Origin: Octopus sinensis
Taxonomy: Eukaryota
Reading direction: 5' to 3'
Length of the DNA: 64,000 bases
Assembly: GCF_006345805.1 (NCBI RefSeq)
Contig: NC_042999.1
Coordinates: forward strand, 155,496,001-155,560,000
The notes under the pieces are model-generated. The model made no database searches, was not told the DNA's origin, and worked only from the letters and a program-made list of their open reading frames with translations. The translations under genes and the position numbers were made by a program. Shown piece after piece: positions 15,031-27,119 of this stretch; position 1 is the stretch's first letter; each line of letters begins with the position of its first letter.

Positions 15031-15095
15031 ATGTATGTATGTATGTATGTATTTACAAAAAAATGTACACTACTTTATATTGAAAATTTGTTGTA

Positions 15096-15154
<59 letters not shown>

Positions 15155-15377
15155 ATAAGATCGTTAATTTAAATATCGATCTTATCAAGTGGCCAGCATG
15201 GGAATAAAAACCTTCAAAGGTAATAATTATTATTAAAATTATAATGTAGGGTATCGAAGAGATACCGCCACGCTGGAAATAGCAGCCAAAACCTGACTCT
15301 AAAACGACAATAAATGTTCATACAGCACCAGGAGAGAAGACAAAAAGACAAAATAATTTTAATAATAATTATAAATT

Positions 15378-15408
<31 letters not shown>

Positions 15409-15719
15409 GTACGACAGGCTTCTTTCAGTTTCTGTCTACCAAAGCCACTCACAAGGCATTGGTCGACTCGAAGCTATAGTAGATATTTGCCCAAGGTGTC
15501 ACGCAGTGGGACTGAACCCGAAACCAAGTGGTTGGGAAGCAAGCTTCTTCCCGCACAACCACTCCTGCGCTTGCATAGGTATTTTTCTTGAAGACTTGAG
15601 ATTGACAGTAATATCGACACGAAGCGCAGCCGTTCTTGGGTTCCTGACCTTTACATCACATCACACTCCGAAGACTGTTATATTTGAGATCTAAGAACAG
15701 GAAAGGGATTGCTATGAAA

Positions 15720-16114
15720 TCTTTATATATAAGTGAAGTTGTGTATCTGTCTCCTACGATTTAGATTCCTAACTACTCCCACATTTTGCGGAGCAGTTTA
15801 ACCAAAACCGGGTATCTTATAGTCGTGATTCATATCGAGCCCTTCTGGGTATTAGCGCGCGTCTACGATGAGTCTACGATTAAAAAAATAAATTACCATC
15901 ATTTTTTCCTATTTTAATGCATTTTTTCGCTATTATATAAGGGAAGTAACTCTCTAAAAATGTCTACGATGAGTCAACGATTTAAAAAAAAATTTACCAT
16001 AATTTTTTTCCATTTTTAATGCATTTTTTTGCTATTTTTTGGCTATAACTCTCTAAAAATGCTTATATAGTTATTTCCCTTACAAACCCGAGCAACGCCG
16101 GGCGATACTACTAG
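15720..16114 (+). mobile_element. Non-autonomous Helitron (copy 1)
   Basis: Starts TC, ends CTAG, inserted between A and T. Subterminal hairpin CCCGAGCAACGCCGGG about 10 nt before the end; a second copy is at 57230-57613. Confidence 0.85.
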
Positions 16115-16250
16115 TACCTAATAAACAAAAGAGTCTGTAAAGCCATTGGAGCTCCAAGATTCAGCCGAAATATGTAGATTGTGTCACATTTCTATGGAAA
16201 ACAGCACACACCTGAATTTCCTTGGCCAGACATCTGCACAGATCCATATA

Positions 16251-17519
16251 CAGGAGTTGGACAAAATAATGTAAACACCTAGCATCATAGCATCATAATT
16301 TTGAAATATCTATAAAACCGTCTAAAGCTTGTTTATTTTTATGTTTTTGATTTATTATTAGTTTTGCTTAATATGTTTTGCTAAAATTGCTGTTTCTTTT
16401 CAGATATCATCAGAAAAAGGTAATTAAAATTCACTAAAATGACAGATCTATCGGACTTTCAAAGAGATCAAATTGTTGGTGCTCATATGGCAGGCGCTAG
16501 CGTAACGAAAGCAGCTGAAATGTTTGGTGTATCAAGAGATACTGTCTCGAAAGTATTGACAGTCTTTGAGAAAGAGGGAAAAACCTCCTTGTCGAAACAA
16601 AGCTCCGGAAGAAAACCAAAACTTTCAGATGGGGACTGTCGGATTCTTACGCGAATTGTTAGAAAGGATCACAAAAGTACAGCTCCCAAAATTACTGCAG
16701 AGCTTAATGACCACCTCAAGAACCCAGTTTCCACAAAAAAAAACTGTTCGCCGAGAGTTGCACAAAGCCAGATTTCACGGGAGGTTTGCAATCAGAAAGC
16801 ACTACTTTCAAAAACAAGCGTTGCAAAGCGCTTAGTGTGGAGTAAAAACCTGCAGAATTGGCCCCCAGAGCAGTGGAAGAATGTTATTTTCTCGGACGAG
16901 TCATCCTTTTCCTTATTTCCGACCACCGGTCGAGTATACGTGTGGAGACAGCCAAAAGAAGCATTTGACCCAGACTGCGTTCTTCCAACTCTTAAACACG
17001 GAGGAGGATCTGTGATGATCTGGGAGTGGGGGTCTATATCTTGGAAATCCGCCGGCCCAATGGTTTCTCTTTATGGCAGAATTAATAGTTAAGACTATTT
17101 AAGCATTTTATCTGATTAAATTCATCCTATGGTTGCAGAACTGTTTCCGGAGGGAAACACAACCTTTCGGGATGATAATGCACCAATTCACACAGCTAAA
17201 GTTGTTACTGAATGGCACGAGGAACATTCTAGTGAAGTTGAACATCTTATCTGGTCACCTCAGTCCCCAGATCTCAATATTAGTGAACACTTATGGTACA
17301 TTTTAGGAAAAGAAATAAAGAGTCCATTTCCTCCACCATCATCACTACAAGAATTGGAGACTGTTTTAGCTGAAGAATGGACAAAAATTTTTCGGAAACC
17401 ATTCAAACTTCTACCTCGTAGGATTCAAGCTGTAATTACTGCCAAAGGCGACCCTTTCCCATATTAAAATAAATTTCTTTGAAATTTTAAGGTGTTTCCA
17501 TTATTTTTTTTAACCCCTG
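16251..17519 (+). mobile_element. Full-length Tc1/mariner-superfamily DNA transposon, DD36E (Incomer-like), inactive
   Basis: TA at 16249-50 and 17520-21. Imperfect ~30-bp TIRs: CAGGAGTTGGACAAAATAATGTAAACACCT on the left, and the right end reverse-complements to CAGGGGTTAAAAAAAATAATGGAAACACCT. Length 1269 bp; transposase inside. Confidence 0.93.
16439..17467 (+). pseudogene. Tc1-like transposase pseudogene
   Basis: N-terminal HTH (MTDLSDFQRDQIVGAHMAGAS), GRKPKL, VIFSDES, VKHGGG-like LKHGGGSVMIW, FRDDNAPIH, SPDLNISE, RRIQAVITAKG. Frameshifts near 16740-16800 and stops near 17090-17120. Confidence 0.92.
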
Positions 17520-17614
17520 TATGTATATGAAATGCATGAACACACACGCATAAGATATACGCATAAGCAAAACGTATATCCACCATAAAAATACAAGTTA
17601 ATCATGAGCATAAA

Positions 17615-18037
17615 TGGAAGCACTCCGTCGGTTACGACGATGAGGGTCCCGGTTGATCCGAATCAACGGAACAGCCTGCTCGTGAAATTAACGTGTAAGT
17701 GGCTGAGCACTCCACAGACACGTGCACCATTAACGTAGTTCTCGGGGATATTCAGCGTGACACAGAGAGTGACAAAGCCGGCCCCTTGAAATACAGGTAC
17801 AACAGAAACAGGAAGTAAGAGTGAGAGAAAGTTGTGGTGAAAGAGTACAGCAGGGATCACCACCACCCCCTGTTGGAGCCTCGTGGAGCTTTAGGTGTTT
17901 TCGCTCAATAAACACTCACAACGCCCGTTAGCATTATGTAACTGAAAGCCAACCGTAAACGATTATATTAAATCCTGGGAATCGAAACCGCGATCCTATG
18001 ACCGCGAGTCCGCTGCCCTCCACTGGGCCATTGCGCC
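17615..18037 (-). mobile_element. SINE family C, tail type 2
   Basis: Same head and centre; different ~230-bp tail ending GTAACCGACGGAGTGCTTCCA. Confidence 0.85.
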
Positions 18038-18332
18038 GCCCATGAGCATAAGTATGCATACTTGCACGTGGTAAGCAATTCAGACGATCCGAAACGTCAG
18101 AAATATGTCTTGACTGAAACAAAAGACTCTTGTCATTTGGCTAGTGGCCAGCGGGAATTTTTTTTTATATATAAAAAATACAAGGTATACAAAAAAAACA
18201 ACAACAACCCAGCGAAAAAGAAAGAAACAAAAACAAAACTTAAATATATGTACGTGGCTGAGAGTAAAATATCTACAAAATTTTCCGTTTCCTTGAGTAT
18301 TGTCATTTGTTGAGACCTCACGTTGCACTTAC

Positions 18333-18404
18333 ACAGACGTTGACAAAAACCAGAATAATTTGTGATGATCAAATCCAGTTTGGCTTGCTTTAGCTTGTAC
18401 AATC
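18333..18404 (-). CDS. Candidate isolated coding exon (72 nt), product unknown
   Basis: Acceptor TTTTCTCATCATAATAG|, donor T|GTAAGT. Open frames LYKLKQAKLDLIITNYSGFCQRL or IVQAKASQTGFDHHKLFWFLSTS. No homologue recognised. Confidence 0.3.
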
Positions 18405-20382
18405 CTATTATGATGAGAAAATTCGATGTGGGTGATCTCTGGACAATTAATAAAGGTTGTTTATGAAATTAAACAATTCTATTCATTTGGAGAATAAATT
18501 AAGACATCGTTGACGGAAAAAAATACAAAAAAACAACCAACGATTCTTTCTTATTTTCTCGAAGTCAGACGACTTTCACAGCCAGAAAACAAAGCCATGG
18601 GAACCTTGAAGGGGATTGTCTTGTAGTTGTTGGACCACCTACGAATAGCAGTTAAATCTCATTCGAGCTGTATTTTGCTGTCTTAGAAAAGAAAGAACGC
18701 ATTGGATTATGCGGCTTTGGGCGCACTCTGACAAGGAACAATGCTAGATTGTCACGGTTGGAATGTTTCTGATCGAAACCTGGAGTTAATACAACACCGA
18801 TGCTGACAACATCTCCTCCACCACCACCACCACCACCACCACCACCACCACAACAACAACAACAACAACAACAACAGCAACAGCAACAACAACAACAACT
18901 ACAACAACAACGATAACGATGACAAGACGACCAAACCACAGCTGCAGAGGCGCGATGGCCCAGTGGTTAGGGTAGCGGACTCGCGGTTGTAAAACGCGGT
19001 TTCGATTCCCAAACCGGGCATTGTGAATGTTTATTGAGCAAAAGCACTTAAACTCCACGAGGCTCCGGCGGGGGTGGGTGGTGAACCCCGCTGTACTCTT
19101 TCACTACAACTTTCTCTCAATCTTTCTTCCTACTTCTGCCATAAAGCAGAGGAACCATGGTGCAACTCACTATGGTGTGGTAAACTTTCAGACCCTAGTC
19201 TACATTGTGAATCCTCTGTATCCCAGGATGGTTCAGCTCTCCACCCATTAAAAGCCACCGTTTACGGAATGAGGATAACAACGTAGCTTTCGCGCCCATG
19301 CAACCGCCGGTCTATCGCGTGTGGTGGGTGGATCTTCAAGTTGCCACCCGCATTCTTAGTAGCTTAGAGTAGGCTCGAATTAGAGATTATTCTTTGCGGC
19401 TAATGGCGTGAGTCCTGATTGGAAGAAGAAGAAGAAGAAGAAGAAGAAGAAGAAGAAGAAGAAGAAGAAGAAGAAGAAGAACAACAACAACAACAACAAC
19501 AACAAGAGACCACAGCTGCTATCATCCCCACCACCATCGGCACCACCAACAACAGCCGTTCAACAATTTGGACCTGGAGATCTCCATTTGCACAATGCTC
19601 GGTCTGGGAATCGAAACCGCGTTCTTACGACCGCGTGTCTGATGCCCTAACCACTAAGCCATTTCCAGTCGTGTCGGGTGTCAACGAAGAGCCCTCGACT
19701 AGAACAAGACGACCAAAGTTTTTTTTCTAAGGTCTGGGGTCTCTCGCCCCTAAGTCCTAGACCATCACCTAATCACCCTTACCTGTCTGGTTGCTTAACC
19801 CACCCACCACCACCACCACCAACAACAGAAACAAAAACAACTCAACGGCAACAGCAGCAATTTATGTCTTTGCATTGTCTGGTGCTTATAGAATAGTTTT
19901 ATATAAGGGCTGAGCGACCTTAATGAGACTTGTCAGCCCGCCTCATGGTATCGACGGACAAAATGGGACAAAAGGGTTGTCTCGGAGGATGGCGAGGGAG
20001 ACGCACGGTAACAACCACTTGCAGATAGCCATCTCTGTTTCTAGAGCAGTGAGCAAGGATGTTGTCCGGAGGTCAGGAACGCCGGAAGTCTCCACTGTCA
20101 CAGGTTCGACCACAAACTTTTCAGAGAGCGACCACTGGCTGCTGTAAAATCATTATTAGCATCAACAACCAGGCGGTGAACTGGTAGAATCGTTAGCAAG
20201 CCGGGTAAAATACTTAGTGGTATTCCGCTCGTCGCAACGTTCTGAGTTCAAATTCCGCCGAGGTCGACTTTACCTTTCATACTTTCGGGGTCGATAAAAT
20301 AAGTACCAGTGAAACACTGGGGTCGATATAATCGACTCATCCCCCTCTCCAAAACTACTGTCCTTGTGGCAAAATTTGAAAC

Positions 20383-20424
<42 letters not shown>

Positions 20425-21396
20425 AGTGGCGAGCTGGCAGAATTGTTAGCGTGCCGGGCGAAATGCTTAGCGGTATTTCGTCTGCCGTTACGTTCTGAGT
20501 TCAAATACCGCCGAGTTCAAATACTTTGCCTTTCATCCTTTCGGGGTCGAATAAATAAGTACCAGTTACGCACTGGAGTCGATATAATCGACTTAATCCG
20601 ATTGTCTGTCCTTGTTTGTCCCCTCTGTGTTTAGCCCCATTCTTTCGGGGTCGATAAATTAAGTGCCAGTTGAGTACTGGGGTAGATATAATCGACTATC
20701 CCCCTTCTCCAAATTCCAGGCCTTGTGCCTAAAATAGAAAGGGTTATTAACATCAACAACAACTGCAACAACAACAACAACGACGACAACAATGACACTA
20801 CTACCATCTCAACCAGAACCAACAACAACGATAACAACAGCAACCATTAAATTGTATTATGCTAAAAACCACAACAAACGGCTAGCAAGAAATTTCTAGA
20901 TCGTGCCCCAAATTTAATGTGCAGAGAAGTTTCTTTTGCTAAATGAAATAACGATATAATGTGAGAGCTGGTAATGCTATGACGATCAGGTTATTAGTGC
21001 TACAATTAACTCACGTTATTTGATTTACAATCTATAAGTTGATTGTGAATCGAATTAAATGTTTGAAGAAGAGAACTGGCTCTAAATTTATTATATAATA
21101 TTGCATGACATTAATGTATAATATGAAATAAATGGTAGTTGTTCATGGAAATGTATGTAACTTTAATTTGACTTCTTTATACCTATATGAAAATTGTTCC
21201 TATCTAGTCTGTGAAGATTATAACATACCTATTTGATATGCATACTTTAGATTTGTGGAGTGCTCCTAGCTGAAGTATACCCAACCATTCTTTGGTTGAT
21301 TAAAAGGCGTAGTTTTTTCACTGCTATTCGAGCATTTTGCTAACCAGGTTCTGGCATGAGGTGATCGCCTAGATCTTATTAACATACATACATACA

Positions 21397-21698
21397 TATC
21401 ACGTGATCACGTGACCGGCCAGACTATCAGATGTTGTTACACATCGCTGGTCACAACGTGTTTTAGCCTTCAAATGACGCCACCCCGCTGGCTGAGCAAG
21501 CAGGCCAACAGAAGAAAGAGTGAGAGAAAGTTGCAGCGAAAGAGTACAGCAGGGATTGCCACCACTCCCTGCCGACGCCTCGTGGAGCTTTAGGTGTTTT
21601 CGCTCAATAGACACTCACAACACCCGGTCTGGGAATCGAAACCACGATCCTACGACCGCGAGTCCGCTGCCCTAACCACTGGGCCATTGCGCCTCCAC
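21397..21698 (-). mobile_element. SINE family C, tail type 3
   Basis: Same head and centre; tail ending CTGGCCGGTCACGTGATCACGTGATA(TGTA)n. Truncated family C copies at 18949-19140 (+) and 19575-19660 (-). Confidence 0.85.
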
Positions 21699-21917
21699 TT
21701 ACTTACGCACGCACACACACACGCACACACACACACACACAACACACACACACACACACACACACCGATTTTTCATCAACAGAGGAGTCCAGTGAAATCC
21801 ATAGGCAGGAGAGGTGCAGCTGAAGTGTAGAAAGTCCAGTAGAGAATCTGTAGAAGTTCGTGGGTGATGAGAGGATACAGGATCAACTGGTGCAACCACG
21901 TGAGCGTGTAATATATA

Positions 21918-22239
21918 GGGAGAATTCACAAAAAACAAAAAAACAAACAAAAGACAAAGACAGGTGGTGTAGACAACAAACAGATGTATTAATATAACGT
22001 TCGGGAAGTGAAAATGTTTTTAACGCTTCGAGCCTACGCTCTTCTACAGAAAGGAACAAACAAGGAGAGAAAATAAAGAATGTGTAGTGGCTAGCGATCG
22101 CTACACATTCTTTATTTTTTATCCTTGTTTCTTTCTGTGGAAGAGCGTAGGCTCGAAACGTTAAAGACCTTTTCATTTCCAGAGCGTTGTTGTCTACACC
22201 ACCTGTCTTTGTCTTTTGTTTTTTCATGTGAATTCTCCC
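21918..22239. repeat. Fold-back inverted repeat (~150-170-bp arms) with a hammerhead-like motif in each arm
   Basis: Left arm GGGAGAATTCAC...AAATAAAGAATGTGTAG and right arm CTACACATTCTTTATTT...GTGAATTCTCCC; short TA runs on both sides. A single-arm copy lies at 46437-46553. Confidence 0.9.
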
Positions 22240-23589
22240 GATATATATATATATCAAAAGGGCACACGAGGTACTTACCTGCTAGAAATAGGAGTTAAAA
22301 CCCACGAATAGCACTGAAAAACACATCAGAAAACAACAGTATTCGGGCAAACGGGTGAAGAATTTAGACACACCATTACAGCTATAGGTTCTGGCACTTG
22401 GATACTCTTGTGTCACGATTTCGAGTTCTGGCGAAAAATCCTAAACTCTCATCAGCAAGATTTACCAAGTGAGAAAATTCAAACTCGTCACGTTGAAGTC
22501 TGCCAGCGTTCTGAATTGTTTTGCGCCAAAATCAGAACAAATCGGAATTTGGTGCAAAAGAATTCAGAACAGCTTCAGTGTAAAGATATTAATAAGGAAT
22601 AAATATTGAAATGGGAATTTTATTAGTTATGTGAGAGAGAGAGGAGCGAGAGAGAAAGAGAGAGGAGCGAGAGAGTGAGAGGAAGAGAGAGAGGGAGAGA
22701 GAGAGGGAGAGAGAGAAAGGGAGAGTGTGAGAGAGAGGGAAAGAGAGAGAGAGAGAGTTAGAGAGTTAGAGAGAGAAGTGAGCGAAGGGATACGAGAAAT
22801 ACAGGAAACGAGAAGGATGGGGGGGAAAGAAATGCGGTTTAGATTTCAGCATGTGTTGTGTGCTTCGTGATTATGTTGATGATGATTATGGTGATGATAA
22901 TGATGATGAGGATGATGATGATGATAATGATGGCGTCGGCGGGGTTGGTGGTGTTGCTATAACGAATCAGTTGGTTATGTGGCACTCACCTGATTTAATA
23001 GAAACCCTGCATAGCCGTCCTCATTTTTGACATTATTTCCTCAGACTTTTCTATGTATGCTCTCTACCTTTTGACTCCATCGTTAGCGAAGGAGCGAGGC
23101 CCAGTGGTTAGAGGTACCGGGTTCATTATCCTGAAGTCACGGGTTCGACTACTGGGTAGGGTGGAGCGTTACGTCTTGAGCGAGGCATTTCATTTCACAA
23201 TGCACACACACACACAGATCCCAGTGTGTGCACATTCAGGATGAGTTGTCATCGAGATCCCAGTTTTGACCATACTGTCTTTGCGCACATCCTGGACAAC
23301 AATGTCTTTTGTGTATCAGGGAGGCGAAGCTGGCAGTAATGTTAGCACGCCGGACGAAATGGTTAGCAGCATTTCGTCCGCCTTTACGTTCTGAGTTCAA
23401 ATTCCCTCGAGGTTGATTTTCCCTTCATCCCTTTTAGGATTGATAAAATAAGTACCAGTGAACCACTGGGGTCGATATAATCGACTCACTCCTAACCCGA
23501 TGTTGTTGGCCTAGTGTGCCAAAATTTCAAACCGATATTTGTTATAGGATGTCATAGTTTCTATATGCTCACCTCTTTTCTACGCTAGG

Positions 23590-23970
23590 TACAAGGCACG
23601 AAATTTTTGGGGAAGAGGCCAGTCGATTAGATCGACCCCAGTACGCAACTGGTACTTAATCTATCGACTCCGAAAGGATGAAAGGCAAAGTCGACCTCGG
23701 CGGAATTTGAACTCAGAACCTAAAGACAAACGAAATATCCATTTCTTTACTACCCACAAGGGGTTAAACACAGAGAGGTCAAACAAGGACAGATAAACGG
23801 ATTAAGTCGATTATATCGACCCCAGTGCGTAACTGGTACTTAATTTATCGACTCCGAAAGGATGAAAGGCAAAGTCGACCTCGGCGGAATTTGAACTCAG
23901 AACGTAGCGGCAGACAAAATACCGCTCAGCACGTCGCCCGGAGTGCTAACGTTTCTGCCAGCTCACCGCC
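23590..23970 (-). mobile_element. SINE family B dimer
   Basis: Two units. Further dimers or monomers: 9930-10093, 10790-10960, 11460-11590, 13000-13200, 20170-20390, 20424-20740, 23320-23540, 35100-35420, 36995-37130, 38256-38488, 60860-61020. Confidence 0.85.
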
Positions 23971-25180
23971 TTTACGCTCACCTCTGTCACGTAGCCGTTA
24001 CACTATCCACATAGCCGTTACTCTCCAGCGAATATGACACGGTAGCAATACCATGCAGTTGCTAATTGTTCTAGGGGCCTATATAGTTAGGGGCAGGCAC
24101 AGACAGCCTCTCAGCTGTCTTGATCTTGCGCAGTGGTTTTCTGTTAAACCGTATGTGCAACAATTTGGTTATACATGTACACAATACACAATTTAACAAT
24201 TTAAAAAATATAATTCCTAATAATATTTAATTTTAAAAACGAATTTTTTTAAAACCTCGAGTGGCTAGGGGGTTGGGATCTAGTAAAATAACATAGGGAT
24301 CAAAGAGCAAAAACCGGTCGAGGACTACTGATCTAGCGAAACATCGCGAACGAATAGTTCAGAGCAACTCGCCGCCCAGTTCGGGTGAATCGCTAATGGT
24401 CCTCTCCAGCGTTCCACTAGATGAAGGGTGAAGGGGCCGAAATGGTTTCTATATCTACTCGCGACTACATGGGTACCTAAAACTATTGACCAAAACATGG
24501 TGCTTGCAACCAAGTCATATTCGACTGAAGGTGGTGGGTTTTTTTTGACAATAATTCCACAGACATTCCTTGGTATGTTTTGTGTTATTTTATTAAGTAA
24601 TATGATACCTAATAATAATGTCTTAAAAGCTTTTATATGTTGTAACAATTTCAGGTTGTTGACATTCATCGAAGAACTTTGGGTGGGTGTAGATGGTGTT
24701 GATGACCGAAACAGTATGTAGAACGACATTCTGTAAGAAAGAAACGGTACGTTAAATAATGTTGGAAAACGTTTTCATCAAAGACGGGATGGTCAAGACT
24801 GGAATCTCGATGACAACTGACCTGAGACCTAATTTCAACGTTGGTGACGTTCTTCTAACATCTTCATGGGGGAAATGATAACATGGTAGTTATGTGGGTT
24901 AAGTCTAGGAGATGGGTTCAATTTCAGAAAGAACCACTGCATTTACTTGCCCACAAAGGCAGGATGGTCACAAGTGGAACGTCTTCGATTATAGCTTTGC
25001 TCAGTGACTTTCACCTTCGATGCTATACTTGAGATAAAGCAGGGACCGAACTATTCATTTACAAGTAACGACCACATCTCCCTCAAATAGCACCCGCCTG
25101 TGTTATGTATGTGTATATGGATGAGCCAACGCGGGTCACCTCTGCATGATAAGTCGGCCTAATAGAAATAACAGCAAAAT

Positions 25181-26280
25181 TGTTGTTGTTGTTGGCATCC
25201 TTTTGTCTCGGGAGACAATGGAGTTGCGCATAAACTAATGCAGTCTTGTTTTTAAATTTCATGTCCTCTCCAGTTTCCTTTCCACTTTTGCGCAGGCCTG
25301 GGCAAGATGTAAGAAAATCCTGGATAGCCCAATCGTCAGGATTCCTCTCTCGACCTTGTTGATGTAGTCCAAAGGAGTGCAGAGCATTACGTTTGGCACC
25401 AGCTTGGTTACTGGAGCTGCCGGAAGAGTGTCAAGTCGAACACTAAACCGCCTACGGGGCTCCACTCTGGATTTCTTTGAAGGTTGTCTCCTTTTCGTAA
25501 CCCTGGATAGGGACCCATACCGGGTACTGTCAGCCGGAGCCAGCTGAGCCCTGGACCCATGTCAGGCAGAGTCATCACTCCCTGAAGTAGTGAAGAAAAT
25601 CGCTACCCACTACCTATAACAACAGAATATCTCTCTCATATAACGCCCTTCTGCAGACGTTCGGAATGACACCTTCGGTTTATTCTGCCTTGGGTCATCT
25701 TGGTGATTTTTTGAGTGTTATTTAGTTGGTCAACGGCAGGCAGGAAAGTTTACCGAACGATCGGATGAAGTTGAAGTCAGAAATTCGCTTGTACTTGACA
25801 CCTTTAACATTCTTGAACACCTTGTGATCAATCACGTGAGAAGCTGTGACTTCTGTGTCGTTGATATTGACATACATGTACCACGACTCTGTAGCATTCG
25901 GTGTTTGATCTTTACAGAAGGGCCCGAGCATCTAAGTGCTGTAGCAAAACATCATTGGCAAAGTCCATCGAATCAAGGACTAAGAATAATAAGGAAACCT
26001 ATCTCTTTGTGGTTTCTAGCCTTTTGTCGAACGGTTTAGTCCAGAATTATGATGAAGACGAAGGGTGCTAACATGTCCTTGGCGGAGCCCAGTCTGCAAT
26101 TCGAACACTTTAGTTTCACCGACCAGTTTCACCATTCGTGGCTCCGATTGCCACGAGTGATCAATACGTGCTATGTCTTCAAGATCCTGAACATTTCCCC
26201 CCGGAGGAATTGAACCATGAAATGATTTCGTGAAATCGACAAATGCCAAAATAGTGGACAGGCATGGGTACACCGGGCAG
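25181..26280 (-). pseudogene. Old RTE-like LINE reverse transcriptase remnant
   Basis: Minus-strand motifs AFVDFTKSF, FELQTGLRQG, MDFANDVLL (degenerate YADD), a RRRFSVRL..PVTKLV and LDYINK..LAQ C-terminus, and a (CAA)n tail at 25181-25195. Heavily mutated. Confidence 0.65.
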
Positions 26281-26490
26281 TTGCTCCGGGACCTAAAGGG
26301 TCTAGAGACCTGATTCTAATCTATGTATACTGTGGTTTGCTGTCAATAAATAAATACTACAGGGCCCGGCTCATTGATGTGTCTAGGGGCTTCATTTGTT
26401 TAAGGGCTCATTTTTGATCTATGTATGTTGCGGTTTCCTGTCAATTAGTAAATACTATAGAATCCGGTGCACTGATTTGGCCGGTAGTCT

Positions 26491-26728
26491 CACTGATCTA
26501 GGGGCCCACCTCTGATCTAGGGGCCCGACACTGATCTAGGGGCCTAACACTGATCTAGGGGCCCACCTCTGATCTAGGGGCCTAACACTGATCTAGGGGG
26601 CCATCTCTGATCTAGGGGCCCAACACTGATCTAGGGGCCCACCTCTGATCTAGAGGCCCACCTTTGATCTAGAGGCCCAACACTGATCTAGGGGCCCAAC
26701 TCTGATCTAGGAGCCCAACACTAATCTA
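26491..26728. repeat. Minisatellite, ~12 units of 19-21 bp
   Basis: Consensus CTGATCTAGGGGCCCA(A/C)C(A/T) in tandem. Confidence 0.93.
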
Positions 26729-27018
26729 CGTATGATGTTGTAGGCTGTCAATAAATTAATGGGTCTTAGGGGTTCAACACAAAAGATCGATGGGATACTT
26801 ATCCCATCGATTGTATTGAAGTTGATTTGTCCAACTAAGCACTTCAAGCCAGTGCCCCAGAATTTGATATTTGGCTGTTATTTCTAGGAACGTGAGCAAC
26901 CACGTACAGAATTTTCCCGTTGGTTCGTTGCCTCTATAAATATGTGCCCTTTTAAGTTGAAATTATAGAGAGCTAGTTCAATAAGATCCTTGCGGTATTT
27001 AATTTAAAAATACAGTAG

Positions 27019-27028
27019 AAAAAAAAAA
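27019..27028 (-). terminator. RNA polymerase III terminator (T10) of the tRNA-Leu gene
   Basis: Run of 10 T on the minus strand starting 8 nt downstream of the tRNA 3' end. Confidence 0.85.
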
Positions 27029-27036
27029 GAACCTTC

Positions 27037-27119
27037 TAGCACGAGTGGGGTTCGAACCCACGCGGACACTTGTCCATTGGAACTTAAGTCCAACGCCTTA
27101 ACCACTCGGCCATCGTGCT
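27037..27119 (-). tRNA. tRNA-Leu(TAA), 83 nt, apparently intact
   Basis: Reverse complement AGCACGATGGCCGAGTGGTTAAGGCGTTGGACTTAAGTTCCAATGGACAAGTGTCCGCGTGGGTTCGAACCCCACTCGTGCTA. 7-bp acceptor stem AGCACGA/TCGTGCT, A box TGGCCGAGTGG, anticodon stem TTGGA-CT-TAA-GT-TCCAA, long variable arm GGACA-AG-TGTCC, B box GGTTCGAACCC. Confidence 0.96.
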
